Positions 1 to 13,300 of a stretch of DNA of 64,000 nucleotides are shown in pieces. The stretch is from Lytechinus pictus. Its lineage: Eukaryota. Below the pieces are notes generated by a model. That model was not told the origin of the DNA and searched no databases. It worked only from the letters and a program-made list of their open reading frames with translations. The DNA lies in NCBI RefSeq assembly GCF_037042905.1, contig NC_087245.1, forward strand, positions 25,422,001-25,486,000. The letters run 5' to 3'. The number at the start of each line of letters is the position of its first letter. Position 1 is the stretch's first letter. Position numbers and translations under genes: made by a program.

Positions 1-268
1 ATGTTTATTGTAGAACCAGAGGTCATAGCATGAAATTAAGAAAACACAGATGGAAATTGAAAATTAGGCAAAATGCCTTTTCAATTAGGAGTGTAAAAAA
101 ATTGGAATGCTTTATCCGAGGCCGGAAGCAGTGTCAATATGTTCAAGTCAGCTATTGAGAGGCACTGGAAAAACCATCCACTAAAGTTTGTACCCTACCA
201 GAGACTATTTAAAGTGACGAGGGGCAAATAAGCTACAAGCTTTACATCCAAGTAAATCCAAGTAAATA
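1..268 (+). mobile_element. CR1-clade LINE 3' remnant (C-terminus of ORF2 plus short tandem tail)
   Basis: Translates, with one frameshift in an A-run near 100, as CRTRGHSMKLRKHRWKLKIRQNAFSIRSVK/WNALSEAGSSVNMFKSAIERHWKNHPLKF. This matches the CR1 ORF2 end motif TRGH..KL...R...FS.R.V..WN.L...S...FK. It ends in an (ATCCAAGTAA)2 tail at about 247-266. Confidence 0.8.
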
Positions 269-554
269 CTGTTCCCCCCTTTTACATGGAGGAACATTGG
301 CCTTTGTCATGAGCTCTACATAATTACATGCATTCCATAAACATCATCATATATGTACATCATTGACTAAACAAGTTGAGCTTTGCAAACATTTCTTTTG
401 CGCGCAATAACAAGAATAATGGAATAAACAATGGTAAAGAAAAAAAAATCAGAGAGCAATTCCTTCGTAGTATTTTGTTCGGGGTCACTTCACCCCTTTA
501 TGGCAGGATAAAAAATGTCACGTGTCCTCCAGAAAATGAAAATATTGGTTTTCT

Positions 555-782
555 CATGATGGTTTAGTGGTAGAGCGTCCCCCTCATGAACGGGAGATCG
601 TGGCTTCGATCCCAGGCCGTGTCATGCAAAAGACGTACAAAAATCTGCATTCCTGTCAGGCGCTCGACATATTTAAATTGAGAGGGGTAATGATAAAATG
701 ATGTTATGCAGGGTCCGCTGGGAGAGCAGTTGATAAGAGCTGAAGTGGCTACTCTTGGTAAATAACTATTATTTCTATTATT
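555..782 (+). mobile_element. tRNA-derived SINE
   Basis: A box TGGTTTAGTGG (560-570) and B box GGCTTCGATCCC (602-613), followed by a non-tRNA body and a TATT-rich tail. Confidence 0.75.
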
Positions 783-1504
783 TCCCTCTTTTTCAAGATA
801 TATTGAACAATAAATTTAAAGAAACCTTTATTTGCCTTTGTATGATATGTTTTGTTTCCCAATTAAATAAGTACAATTCTATGATGGTTTGAGATCTCAC
901 CGAAAATAGTGAAACATTGGGGGAAAAAGAAATTTGTTTGAAAGACCTTCATGATTTTTTAACATCTAGTTGGTGATGAATCGACGAATTCACAGATGAG
1001 GCACATTTTTCTGGTTGTTTTTCTTGTTCAACAACCTATGGAATATCGAGTGAATCTATGGGCTTCTAGACGCCGAGAAAAAATATCCCTCTCTGGGCCA
1101 AATCTGAACGATGCACCAAATTATCCCTCAGCAAAATGAACTTGAAAGCTTATCCACATACTCGGGTATCCAACTCTATCGCATCATTTTCATTTCCGAG
1201 AGTGACGTTGCCACGGGGAAAAAGACGTTCGTGGCCTGCAAGCGCGAAATTTGTCACTGAGCACTTAAAATAATAACGCATACCCCTCTCCCTTTCTTAC
1301 ATTTTGCATAGTTTCTCAGATATCAAAACTGGGTTGAATATATTTAACCCGACAGGTACGACTCTGGGTGATACTAATACCCTCGTGCAACGAGTTCAAA
1401 ACCTCCGGAAATGGTTAATGGTGATATAGGTAGCTTTAATAGACCATTTTGCTGAAAGATATGAGTGTAATTACAATGATTCCTCCAGTTTTTAATAAAA
1501 ACAT

Positions 1505-1610
1505 CGTTGTCAAGTGGTCTTATGCACTTGTATTCACACATGAAAGCCCAGGGTTTGATTCCCGGCATGACACTTTTGCCCTTGAGCGATCTCTATCCGT
1601 TACTGCTCTT
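1505..1610 (+). mobile_element. Degenerate tRNA-derived SINE head
   Basis: A-box-like GTCAAGTGG, B-box-like GGTTTGATTCCC, then GCCCTTGAGC, similar to the neighbouring SINE. Confidence 0.5.
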
Positions 1611-1631
1611 TAATTGTACATTGTACATTGT

Positions 1632-2098
1632 GGCGGTGCCGTGGCCGATTGGTCTACACTGTTAGAAAATTTATCCTTAAAATAAAAGATGTTCCTTCAG
1701 CAGAGTCTCGAGAACACCTGTAATCTTACCAGATTGCGTAATCTTACAGGAAATTGGTATTTGGTGTATGGAACCTTACAAATTTCCTTAAATAAAACAC
1801 CCTTTTCCCCTTTTTAAACAGACCTGTTCTGTTAAATTGCAGAAAAATTCCTGTTTTATGAATTTACAGAATGATTCTGATTCTGTTATTGCTTCCTGCA
1901 AAATCTTCTTTTTTCTGTAAAATCAGGTTTTTTTTAACAGTTTAGGTCGCCTGACTGTACATTGAAAGTTTGGGGTTTGATCCCGGCCGCGGCACCTATG
2001 CCCGTGAGCAAGGCATTCAATCGACAATGCTCTTTTATCCTGCATTCAAATAACTGCTTTACGCATCCTTGGTGACTAGGTATGCACATTTTTTTTTC
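1632..2098 (+). mobile_element. tRNA-derived SINE interrupted by a MITE
   Basis: GGCGGTGCCGTGGCCGATTGGTCTA [insertion] GGTCGCCTGACT...GGTTTGATCCCGGCCGCGGCACC...GCCCGTGAGCAAGGCA, ending in a T-rich stretch. Confidence 0.75.
1657..1942. mobile_element. MITE with TA target-site duplication, nested in a SINE
   Basis: TA|CACTGTTAGAAAA ... TTTTTTAACAGTT|TA. Removing it restores a contiguous SINE head. Confidence 0.75.
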
Positions 2099-2567
2099 TA
2101 AAATATAGGCCTGTAGATTTAGGTATTATTTATGCCAGGGATATGTAAGCACTAAGCGAAATCAACCTGCTTTCCTTTGTCCCCAAGATCGAAGCCCATG
2201 GTGTAATTAATTCATTTTTTTAGGAGCACAACATGATCTACGCCTATGGGGAAAATCTTTAATATTTTTGAAAGAGCGAAAAAAATCTATGAAAATATAA
2301 TTTTTCATAGATTTTGACATAACATTCAACAAACTATATCATATTTCACAATTTTTTCATCTTTTATTTTGTTTTCTCTGTTTTTCATTTTCTTTTTTTG
2401 GTCATGGACCCCCTATTTGGACAGAAGGGGGGGGGGGACATTTTGGACCCTCATCCATTTGTAAACCTTCGCTCGAAACCGCCGATAAGTTATGCCCTAA
2501 TCTGAATCCGCTAACCCAGCTGGTTTGATAATAAATATGATTAAAAAAAAAGGAGTTATATGTTTTA

Positions 2568-2841
2568 ATGATAATAATATGCAAACATTTATATAGCGCT
2601 TAATACAAATGTTTCGAAGCGCTGCAAACTATTACCCCGGCTTTAGCACGGCTACCCTATTTGGGCACATCGAGCATTCAAGGAATTCCTTCCTACCGGG
2701 TACCCATTTGCTACACCTAGGTCGAGAGTGGCAAATGTAGATAAACGCCTTGCCAAAGGACGCTAGTGCTGCAGTGGGATTTGAACCCCGGACCTTGTGG
2801 TTCAAAGTCCGAAGACTTACCCACTGAGCTTCAACACCTCT
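2568..2841 (-). mobile_element. tRNA-derived SINE, near full length
   Basis: On the minus strand: A box AGCTCAGTGG, B box GGTTCAAATCC, core TGGGTACCCGGTAGG, and a LINE-like 3' end GCGCTATATAAATG followed by (ATT)n. Confidence 0.85.
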
Positions 2842-3367
2842 ACGTTTTAGCCACAACACTTCTAAGTTTTTAGAAATCGTATTTGAGAAATTGTTCGCCA
2901 TTCCCGGAAAGTCTTTAAACCCGAAGCGATTCGATGTCTCAAAGCTAAAGAAAAGCGAAAAATAGTCAAGATGATTGTGAATATCTCTATCATTGTTTAT
3001 TTTTTGTTAGAGCCTCTTATTTTACATCGTGTTATTTTGCAGCGGCTTGATGATGTCGTTTCAAGCGTATCGAGTATATTTATTCCAGGTAATTCCAGGT
3101 ATGTGTAAGAATGCCTCTCAGAAAGATGGATATCATTACTTTACAAGATATTAAAAGTCGATTTTACTCAAAGATTCTGAAATATTAGCGAAGTAAAAAA
3201 AATGACTTAAGAAAGGGAAGGGAAGAGGAAGAAGAATGGAGCTATCAGGGTTTTAAGTACACTGCTTTCAGAAAGACACAAGCAAGGTATATGAAATCTA
3301 AGATGATGTTTAATGTTTTTCATTGCAAAGATGCACAATAAGCAACAAATGTGACAGATTGTTTTAC

Positions 3368-3612
3368 CTTTCAAGGGCGTGGGCTGATTTGAGCATGGAA
3401 AGGTGCACATCCTGGGGAGGTGGAAATAAAGTGGTATGGGGGGTGCGAGGTGGAATTAAAGTTTGGAAAATCACCTGTTGAAAGTAGAAGAAGGGGTGCA
3501 AGTTTCGTTTTGCTTGCCAGTGTCGGAACTCCTCTGCCTCAGCGGGGGGACGCACGGGCACCCCTAGCCTAGCCCTGGCCTTTCTCCCGATACAGACATG
3601 GAAGTACATCAT
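3368..3612 (-). CDS. Candidate coding exon of an unidentified minus-strand gene (MMYFHVCIGRK...AHALE, phase-2 end)
   Basis: 81 open codons in a locally GC-richer patch. The ATG is in CAACCATG context and the frame ends at a donor-like GAAAG|GTAAAA. No recognisable domain. Confidence 0.3.
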
Positions 3613-4629
3613 GGTTGTTCATGAACGCCTTAAGCATTAAGTTAGTTGCATATATTGCTCTTCAAGATATCGCATACAGGTAAGGAAGGGGGTCAATTTC
3701 TGTGGCCTTAATCATTTGTGACGTTTACAAATGGCCCTGATTTTGTAAATGCACTTAGGTTCACCGGAAATCATAAGTAGAATATCAATTAATGTGTATT
3801 TATTTTCAACGCGAATGATGTGAAACGATTTGCTAGCAGTTTCAGGACAATGTAATTTGGGGTGCCAAAACTTTAAGTAAGCTGTAGTAGACTGTTTTCC
3901 AACATGTTTTCTTGTATCCACATCAAGCAATGTGAGTAAAATACAACATGATTTATTCCAGTTCCCAATTCCATAAAATGAAATATGAATATCCGTACAC
4001 CCTCATGACGTAACAAACCATTCGATGCAAAACCTCCTCATTCACGATCATCTACTCAGGAATTTTGGTCTTCTCTCTATTCTGAAATATGAAGGCCCTT
4101 GTTCGCACTTCAAGGACCGCCATCGTCTCACATGTACGTTCTTTTGGGAGCCTTGATAACAGTTTGTTGCCATGGTAACTTTTCCTAAAGTGATGCCGAG
4201 GAGACGACTGATCACATTTCGATTCTAGGTCCAGCTTGAATGGGAAAGAGGCCCTAGGACTTGGACACGTATCTAGTTCAAAATTAGTGAGGTGATCGAT
4301 ATTGCACATCCAATTCTCTTCTTCACAATCTCATATGTAGTATTATCTCGTTATCTTCCTGTTAAGGAATGAGGGAGAATAATAATTGTGACTCATCCGC
4401 GTTCATTCAAGTGATATATCGGAAAATATACATTTGCTGGATTTTCAGGCTCTAAATAATTAATTTCTAGTAGTCGAATTAAAACAGAATAAATGAACTA
4501 ACCAAATTGATAAATGAAGCAATGAAGATGATTTTTGCTCTCTTTATTTTGTTTTGTTAACATGATTGCGAACCATCTTATACTATCCTAATAGAAAAAC
4601 ACAAACATTTATTGATCCTCGAGTACAGT

Positions 4630-5556
4630 CTTGGCCTCGGACGTCTAGTCCTTGGTCTAGTCACTGACCCTGTCTTTTGCCTCGGACGTATATTCCTTGA
4701 TCCTCTCCTTTGTCTTGGACGCGTAATCCTTGATCCTGTCCTTTGCCTCGGACCTCTAGTCCTTTATCCTGTCCTTTGCCTTGGACCTCTAGTCTTTGAT
4801 CCTGTCCTTTGCCTCGGACCTCTAGTCCTTGATCCTGTCCTTTGCCTTGGACCTCTAGTCCTTTATCCTGTCCTTTGCCTCGGACCTCTAGTCCTTTATC
4901 CTGTCCTTTGCCTTGGACCTCTAGTCTTTGATCCTGTCCTTTGCCTCGGACCTCTAGTCCTTGATCCTGTCCTTTGCCTTGGACCTCTAGTCCTTGATCC
5001 TGTCCTTTGCCTCGGACCTCTAGTCCTTTATCCTGTCCTTTGCCTTGGACCTCTAGTCTTTGATCCTGTCCTTTGCCTCGGACCTCTAGTCCTTGATCCT
5101 GTCCTTTGCCTTGGACCTCTAGTCCTTTATCCTGTCCTTTGCCTCGGACCTCTAGTCCTTTATCCTGTCCTTTGCCTTGAACCTCTAGTCCTTGATCCTG
5201 TCCTTTGCCTTGGACCTCTAGTCCTTGATCCTGTCCTTTGCCTCGGACCTCCAGTCCTTGATCCTGTCCTTTGCCTCGGACCTCTAGTCCTTGATCCTGT
5301 CCTTTGCCTCGGACCTCTAGTCCTTGATCCTGTCCTTTGCCTCGGACCTCTAGTCCTTGATCCTGTCCTTTGCCTCGGACCTCTAGTCCTTGATCCTGTC
5401 CTTTGCCTTGGACCTCTAGTCCTTGATCCTGTCCTTTGCCTTGGACCTCTAGTCCTTGATCCTGTCCTTTGCCTTGGACCTCTAGTCCTTGATCCTGTCC
5501 TTTGCCTTGGACCTCTAGTCCTTGATCCTGTCCTTTGCCTTGGACCTCTCATCCTT
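4630..5556. repeat. 33-bp minisatellite, about 27 copies
   Basis: Unit GATCCTGTCCTTTGCCTYGGACCTCTAGTCCTT, with degenerate copies at the left edge. Confidence 0.97.
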
Positions 5557-6987
5557 GGCACCATACTAAAGTCCTTTGATTGGTTTTCGGCCCCGAAATT
5601 CTGAAGTCCTTATAGCTTTGGGCAACCAGGCACTGTCCTTGCCCCTGGCCTCAGCTGTTCGGCCTTGCGCGCAACACTACCATTTTGAGACAAGTAATTC
5701 TAATTACTTTTCTACAAAGTTATCGAGCGACTTACATTCTTTTATGGGCCATAGTAGGTTAAATTGACTAAAGGCTTCATGGTATCAGAACATCTGGTAG
5801 TTTCCGATTATTGTACACATATCTCAAACGTCATTCTGTTTTTATTCCCAATTTCTGATTTGTTGTATAGAAATTGGCACCTTCATCAGATTAACTTGAT
5901 TATCGTAGCATTTTGGGGGATACTGACTGACATCATTCCTGATCTAAGCATTTATTTATTTTATGTATGAGAATGTGATTGAAGCTCTATCGTCGAGCTA
6001 TCGCCATCTCGATCTAAAGTAGATATGAATCTATTGGTATCGTATATCATTTCCATTTCATATTTTATGAATCACTTATTTGGCTATTAATTTCAATGAG
6101 CTGTTTGGATAACACCTTGATATAAAAGTTCCAGGAAAACTTCGTAGATGAATAGTTTATCAATCAAAGGCTGATCCAGAGGGAGGGTAAGCCCCCCCCC
6201 CCTCCCACAATGACTTCGCAAAACAAAAGAGGAAGAGAAAAAATAAGGGAGAGGAATGAAAGGAGAAAAGGGAGAAGAAAGATAACAGGAAGGGAAAACA
6301 GGAAGGGAAAACAATAAAGAAATAAGGGAAGGGGTTAATTTGAAAATAGAAATACTGTCAGGCTACTAACTCAATAGAAAGAAAACTTGATTATTATAGA
6401 ATGTTGCCATCATCGATTTAGTAATTTCCGGTTTGGTAATGTGAACGTTACCCTCTTAACAGAACTTGCTATCTACTTGAATTAAGTCTCTTCTTATTAC
6501 ATGGGCATATACAAGCACACTCACACCCACACACACACAGAAAACCACTGATCCTTTGAAAGTGATGCACTTAAATATAAAACATGAATCAATAGAAAAA
6601 TATAAGTTTCATGCAAAATTATCGCGCAACAGTCATAACCTTTGTGCGGTTAGGTGTAATCATCCTTTAAACGTCAGTCGCATGCCAAACACTTGTTGTG
6701 TCTCTGATCGTTATTTTTCCCGTCCCCATACAGATGCTAATCAAATTTGGACGAGAATTCCTCAGCCGCTGACCTATTTTCTCCATCTTCTGAAACTTTA
6801 TCGATATCTTTCCGCGCCACCAATCTGCTATGGTGGTTGATTGAGTGCTTGAAATGGTCTTACATCATTCCAACGACCGCGCACAAGCTCAAAACTGTCA
6901 TCAAGGTAAGAGCAAAAATGGGAATCGGGGGCCACGGAACGATTGTGTTGAAGGAGAAGGACGACCGTGCGAAAAATACACGACCAG

Positions 6988-7116
6988 GGGCCCGTAACAC
7001 AAAGGTTAGCAATGATCGTGGAACATTTTTCCACGATTGATTGCATAGACTACAATGTACAATCAATCGTAAAAATCAAGCGTACGATTAAACGCTAACC
7101 TTTGTATTACGGGACC
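6988..7116. mobile_element. PIF/Harbinger-like MITE
   Basis: Inverted termini GGGCCCGTAACACAAAGGTTAGC / GCTAACCTTTGTATTACGGGACC, with CAG on both flanks (3-bp TSD). Confidence 0.75.
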
Positions 7117-10100
7117 CAGATGGTATATCTGTACACGTTTATTGAAGATTTTGGGGGTTGAAGAGCCCCACCCCCATGGTAATAAATAACTGTTACAAAA
7201 TTGGTATCTAAATCATGCGTGCTGAAAACGAAAAACATTAGTATGAAGACAGACACACATGATGGGAGGTAGAGAAAGAGAGACAAGAGAGAGAAAGGGG
7301 GGATGAGAGAAAGACATTTTTTTATAATATTTATTGTAATGTAGTGGCACCGGTCAGTGCCACGATGTTTTGAATTTTGAAAAAAAAAATACTTTTTTGT
7401 GGTTACAAGACCATGTCATGACTTTTTATACTGCTTCCTTCTTAGCGCTTCTTTCTGTATCCACAGTTTAGATAGTTCTGCGCGATTAACGTAATTAGTT
7501 GGTAGTAGCTTCGACCATGTTCAATAATACATCTTTGGATTTAAACATGTCTTATCCTTCCAAATTTATCAAATAACACTCAACCATAGAGATTGATTCA
7601 TGATAATATAACTCATTGATTATTATGATTACGCTTTTTTTGTTCTCTGTTCTAGACCGGTGCCCGATGAGGTTCAAAACTTCTTACAAGCTTCAACACT
7701 TCAATATAAGCTTGATCAAAACAAAAATGATTTTTTTTTTATTCGTTTGCACATTGTGTATCATTCGCCATTTTGAGATATCAACCCAACCACAAAAACC
7801 TTAATCACCATCCACAGAAAACTACAAGCAAATTTACTTGTTAGTTTTTTTCCCACATTTACATAGAAAAGAGAAAGGAAGACAAAGAAGTACATTAAAA
7901 TAATTTCAAAATATATTGATTCCTTTATTTGATTGTTAGTCACTAAAATGATTGAATTAATTAATCACCTAAGTGTAGAGAGAGTTAAGTTATTAATACC
8001 CTTTTTTTATTTAAAGTCCGAGACGTCATAGAAGTATTATATTTAGGACGTCATTTATTCAGTATTTAATCAATCTACATGTGCTTTTTAATTTTTTTGT
8101 TCATTGCCTTGATCAAGGTAGGCCCTTTAAAAAGAGAGTTTTTTTAATCAGTACCGCACATTACATCGTTCATCAATAGATCCATCCAATTTATCAATAT
8201 GCCTGAAAAGTGAAATGGAAAGAAAAACAATGTGTCTGCCTCTTCAACCACGCATTAGGCTAAAATTTAATGTAATTTTCCACCTTGGATAGCATAATAG
8301 AAGCTTTGAACGGCTGTTGTCAATTAATCAATTAATAAAACTAAAATCCTTTCTTTTCGAAGATAATCTCTTAATCAAAGTGCATATATCTCAGTATCAT
8401 TTTCTCTTTTAGACTGTACGAATAAAAACACGGTTAATTATTCATCACCTTTTTTAATGTGCAAGAGGAGAAAGCAAAGAAAAAATGTCCTTTTAGTGAT
8501 AGGATTAATTGGAATTGATGGAGTACTTTGTGAATAAGTAAAGATTTCTTAATTTGTGAAGAAGACACGACTTTACTTTGTTCCGAAAAAGAAGGATGAC
8601 TGAGATACAATTTCTGAAGCAATGAGTTATTAGATTGAATGATATGTCAACGGCAGAATACCATTTAGATAAGTTTGTAATTATCATTGTTAGTTCGGTA
8701 TAATATACAGACTCATTCTCAGAAAGACATACAAACTTCAGCAGAGAAATCTATATATCCTACCAATTAAAGCTGAATGGATAACGGAAAAGTGAAAAAT
8801 ATCATACCAATTCTTATTAAACTAATTGATGTACTCTAAAATTTTGCTGTGCATATATGAATAAGGAGAGGGGAGTAGGCGGATTAAATCATCCTCTCCT
8901 TCCGTTTGTTCCTTCATTTCTCTTCACTTTTAATTTTGAATTGCCAAAGGGGGAGGAAGGGGGAGAGGGGATGGACCGCGCTATCTTCTCCCCCTGGATC
9001 CACCTTTACTCTATTAACTATTCATCTACGAAGTTCTCCGGGATCGCTTAATTCAAGGTCTTATCAAAACCCCGTCTGTAGCCACCAGGAGACTCTCGTG
9101 GCCTTCATTTTCTGTAAAAATGAATAAAAATGCATTTGAAGTTGAATATAAAAAGTAAAATTTTGAAAAAAGGTGTACGAAAAAAAAAAATGCATGGAAC
9201 TGGAAAGTGATATACGATATTAGTATCTTCACATCTACCATAGATCACCATTATTATCTATCTATCTATCCCTATTCCCCAGCCAACTTGATATTTCATT
9301 TCATTCCCAATGCATTCATTAACTGTTTTGAACTTTATGAAATGAGTTTGCCATGTCGAATAATCGTTTCCCGTATAATGAATAGCCAACAGTTTACTCT
9401 TTTTCTTTATATATTATTCAGAATAGACTTTTTGGCGGAAGGGAGTAGGAAGGGTGGTTAAATAATGCGGCAAGAATTGGAACTATTCGAAGAGACCTTG
9501 GACATTTTATCCATGACATTTGTGTTTTTACACTTGGGATGGCATTAGCCACTTGTCTTTCATAAAATGAGATGAATAATAATTTATTGTAATACAACTA
9601 GATTAACCAAATAAAGTTACAAATCGATTGAAGTCAATTTATTAGTATAATAATAACTTTAGATGTGTATTGATTATTACTTTTGATAATATTATATTTT
9701 GAAGAACCGGAAAAGTTTAAAGGCGTGTAATTTTAGACTAGTTTAGTTTCCTTCTATTCAGTACTTACGGTGAATGATATGCTTTGACCATTCTAATGAG
9801 TAAATGCATTCTGACATTCATGTTTTTACCCAAATATCTCTTATTAGCGGATCCTATAGAGGAAATACTGACTGACATTTAAAGCCATTTGTTGACCTCT
9901 TAAGTATACATCCCCCCTGATTCGTGCAGTGACCTTACACATGTATAAAGCTTTACCCATCTGTATCATTGCTTGACAAGACAGTATATTAAACACAGTC
10001 ATGCTGAATTTAACATTTTGTTCACATACATGCATTCCTACTATATGTATTTATCATATCTGGTAGCAGTCATCTTAGAAATGGGAGCATTTTTTTCATT

Positions 10101-10240
10101 TGATCTATTCGTTTTGTTTTAATTAATTTTGTTTATATTTATTTATTGTATTTTATCATGTATCCTTCTATTTCTTCATTTTTGTATTCTGTTTCATTTA
10201 TTAAATATATTTATGTATATGTAATGTATATATATAAATG

Positions 10241-10252
10241 AATATATATATA

Positions 10253-10315
<63 letters not shown>
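10241..10315. repeat. (TA)n microsatellite
   Basis: Long TA dinucleotide run. Confidence 0.95.
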
Positions 10316-10318
<3 letters not shown>

Positions 10319-13300
10319 TGTATATATGTGTATGTATTCATTTATTTTTCAAAGATTTATTTATAAATCAGTTATAAACCTTCTTATAAGTTTTACGACA
10401 AGGAATATATCTACTATTGCTCTGAATTGCATTCAATGAAATCCATGCAAGTTAAACAATGATGGGTCCTGTATCTGATAATTACTTTGAAAATATCAGC
10501 ACTTTACCAAATCGACGTTTATTTGCAAATTTAGCGATATATTTAAAAGAAACATCGACGCGTCGTCTCGAACGATAAAGGAAAGCTGCGACGGAAATGA
10601 TCTTCACCGTATATTGCCTCATATCCGCATGCGTTTTGATAAATTTCACTTAAAAGTGGTTAAAAGAAGAGATAGTCATGCAGAAGACTACCCTTTCCCC
10701 ATTTCACATCCATTAAACATATGTAATTTATTTTTATTCGTTCGGAAAGGAAGTGATAAAAAAACGTATCCGTGGTAGAGAGTGTTACATGGGTGCGTGA
10801 ATGAAGCGTAAATATTGAAGGAGGCCGGTGAATTAAAGTCTCAAGAGTAACTGAATTTAACGGCTTGTTGCTCAAGTCGTTGTATTACGGAGGACGGCAG
10901 CTGAGTAAATATGCAGACTGTCTTAGTACCCTGCTCATCTCTTCATCGCAGGATTCAAGGCCTTGTCAGGTAGTGGTGGTGGAGATGCTATGGCCTAGTC
11001 TCACTGTTTAAGCTCTCTGGCGGGAGAGCGAGCCTACACGGGGAAAATGATACAATAACATTTGAGCATGCGTTGTAACGCGTCTAGCAAGACGGCGCCT
11101 TTAAAGGGCTTCGGTCGCCCCGCTCGGTTGTTATTCATTGATAAATTTGTATATTAAGATGAGATATACCATCAACATTTTCACTTTTTTAAGCACTGGT
11201 GATTATTTCAAGATGCATTTTTAGGGCTTCATTTTTACATCTCACAAATTTTATAGATTCCTTTCTCTCTCCTTTTTTTTTGTTCAAATCAATGTTTTGC
11301 CTTTTAACGGATCAGAATCTTTAGGTTGTAGCTTTTTTTTATAAGATAATAATCGAGTTGGCTTTGGATTTTTGTTTGGAAGTCAGATACATTTGTCAGC
11401 CTGAGCGCACCTTAATTCATGTATTTTTACTCTTAAATGAAATCACAGTTTATGCCTCAAGATCGATTGGTTGATGCCCTTCCTTTCATGTTGTAATACA
11501 CACTCAACCATGTGAAAAATTGTAACCGGCAATGGGACATTACTGAATCAAATCAGAACTAAACTTGTCTTAACGGTTGCAAGAGCATTAAATCATAGAC
11601 TCTTTCAATTCGTTTGATTATTCCGTTTGGAAGGTTTAATGTGTTTGTACATGTTTGTCATTCCTTTTGAGCGTTAGGAGTCGTTTGAAGAAGAATTGTC
11701 TGTAACAATATATTCTATTTCACACTTGTTTGAGAATAATTGATTTTCCATTTTATTTCGCATTAACACCGAGAATCAAGTCTTTAAAAATTCTTATCTA
11801 TCTTTAAAACAATGATACTGAATTATTTTGTAAATAATGTGAAATAATGGGCCGTTTGTTTGTCCTTTAATACATATCCGTTCAGTGAATTGATATTATA
11901 GACGGCTGTCTAAATGGTTTTGCTTTCAAATTCACAGTTACTATACCAAAAACGATTAATCTAATATAGAAACACTAGACATAAATGAGCGAATCAGAAG
12001 AAAAAACAATGTATTAATTAGTCTTTTTATAATTTGTATAAGGTGGACATAGAGAAAGAGAAGGAGAGGATAGCAAGAGTGTATTAAAGTAAATAAAATG
12101 TAAAAACACTGCTGAAATTGATTGATGGAAAGATAAATGAATAGATATAGATCGAAAGTAGCAGACAAGAAAAATCATTAAAGCAGAGATGCCCCAGACG
12201 AATACTAAAATGAATAATGTTTGAAAGGAGATAGGAATGTGATATTTGAAATAATGTTTGACGATCCTAGAAATAATTACTGGAGTTTGTAGTCGCCCTT
12301 AGCCATATGCCATGACCTAATATTGTATGGTGCTATTGTTCTATAGTTATATTAATATGTCCTTTTCATTAATTTATTCAATGTTAATAATTTGAAGAAA
12401 AAAATTAGGTTTGATGATAATTATGAATATAATTATACTTGCAGTTGCCTCCTCTTGATGTAGACATTAAGCGCTTTTGGTAAGGGAAACAACTAACTTT
12501 GAATCATAATATTTTATACCATAACTAAATTGCATTTTTCATGTTCGTAACCCAATCATACCCGACGCTATCTATTGGGAATATGAAGGAGCTTACCCTT
12601 TATCCAAATCCTCACCTCTGCTACGTGCATTATGGAGATTCAATCACCCTTATTTAGCCTATATCACCTGCCAATATCATATTCTTAAAGTATAATTCAT
12701 TTTGTTAAAGGCGTCCATACTAAACTAAAATCCGAATTCATGAATTCCCGGGCTGCTTTCTCCCCCTTTCGTCATCCTTGTGCTTCTTCCATTTTCAGAG
12801 CAATGTAAATATTTTTCCCCTTCAGATCAAACTTTTGAGAATTTTGATTAAATTATAACTTCAATTATACTTTCTCTCTGGGTTTTTCGCGGGGAAACTT
12901 TTTGGATATTGTGATTAGCCCCACCCACTCAATAACGATGATGGCAAGCGTCTTTGGACTTTGATCACAAGGTTCGAGTCCTGCTGTGACACGAACTGAA
13001 TCTCACAATGTATCCATTAATATGTAATTCTTGGATAAATGAGAGCGCAAATAAATAGAACAGGGGTAGAGCAGTCGCGTAACGGGGGGGGGGGGGTGGT
13101 CAGCGGTCCGTGTCCCGGAAAAAAAGAGCAAAAGTTATCAGGAATAGGGAAAATTATTATTTTTATCACCAGTATCATTTTCACTACCATTGTTATTTCA
13201 ATTTAGTGCGGTTGCTTTACTGTTTTATTATCATACGATTATCACTATTGCAATTTAATATAGATGGTAAAACTGTTGAACTGAATTTAAACCTCGATAA

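Noticed and set aside
555..2841. tRNA genes
   Set aside because: A and B boxes are present, but acceptor stems are degenerate and each continues into a SINE body and tail.
4630..5556. CRISPR-like array
   Set aside because: The units are contiguous with no unique spacers, there are no cas genes, and the context is eukaryotic. The same applies to the 157-bp array at 32184-32985.
4612..5604. 330-aa ORF (PVLCLGPLVLD)n and the antisense 134-aa ORF
   Set aside because: By-product of a stop-free 33-bp minisatellite. It has a TTG start, no splice context and no domain.
10540..11140. GC-richer non-coding islands (also about 17930-18130, 22900-23060 and 38680-38900) as enhancers
   Set aside because: Composition and scattered motifs are suggestive, but this cannot be supported without conservation or chromatin data.
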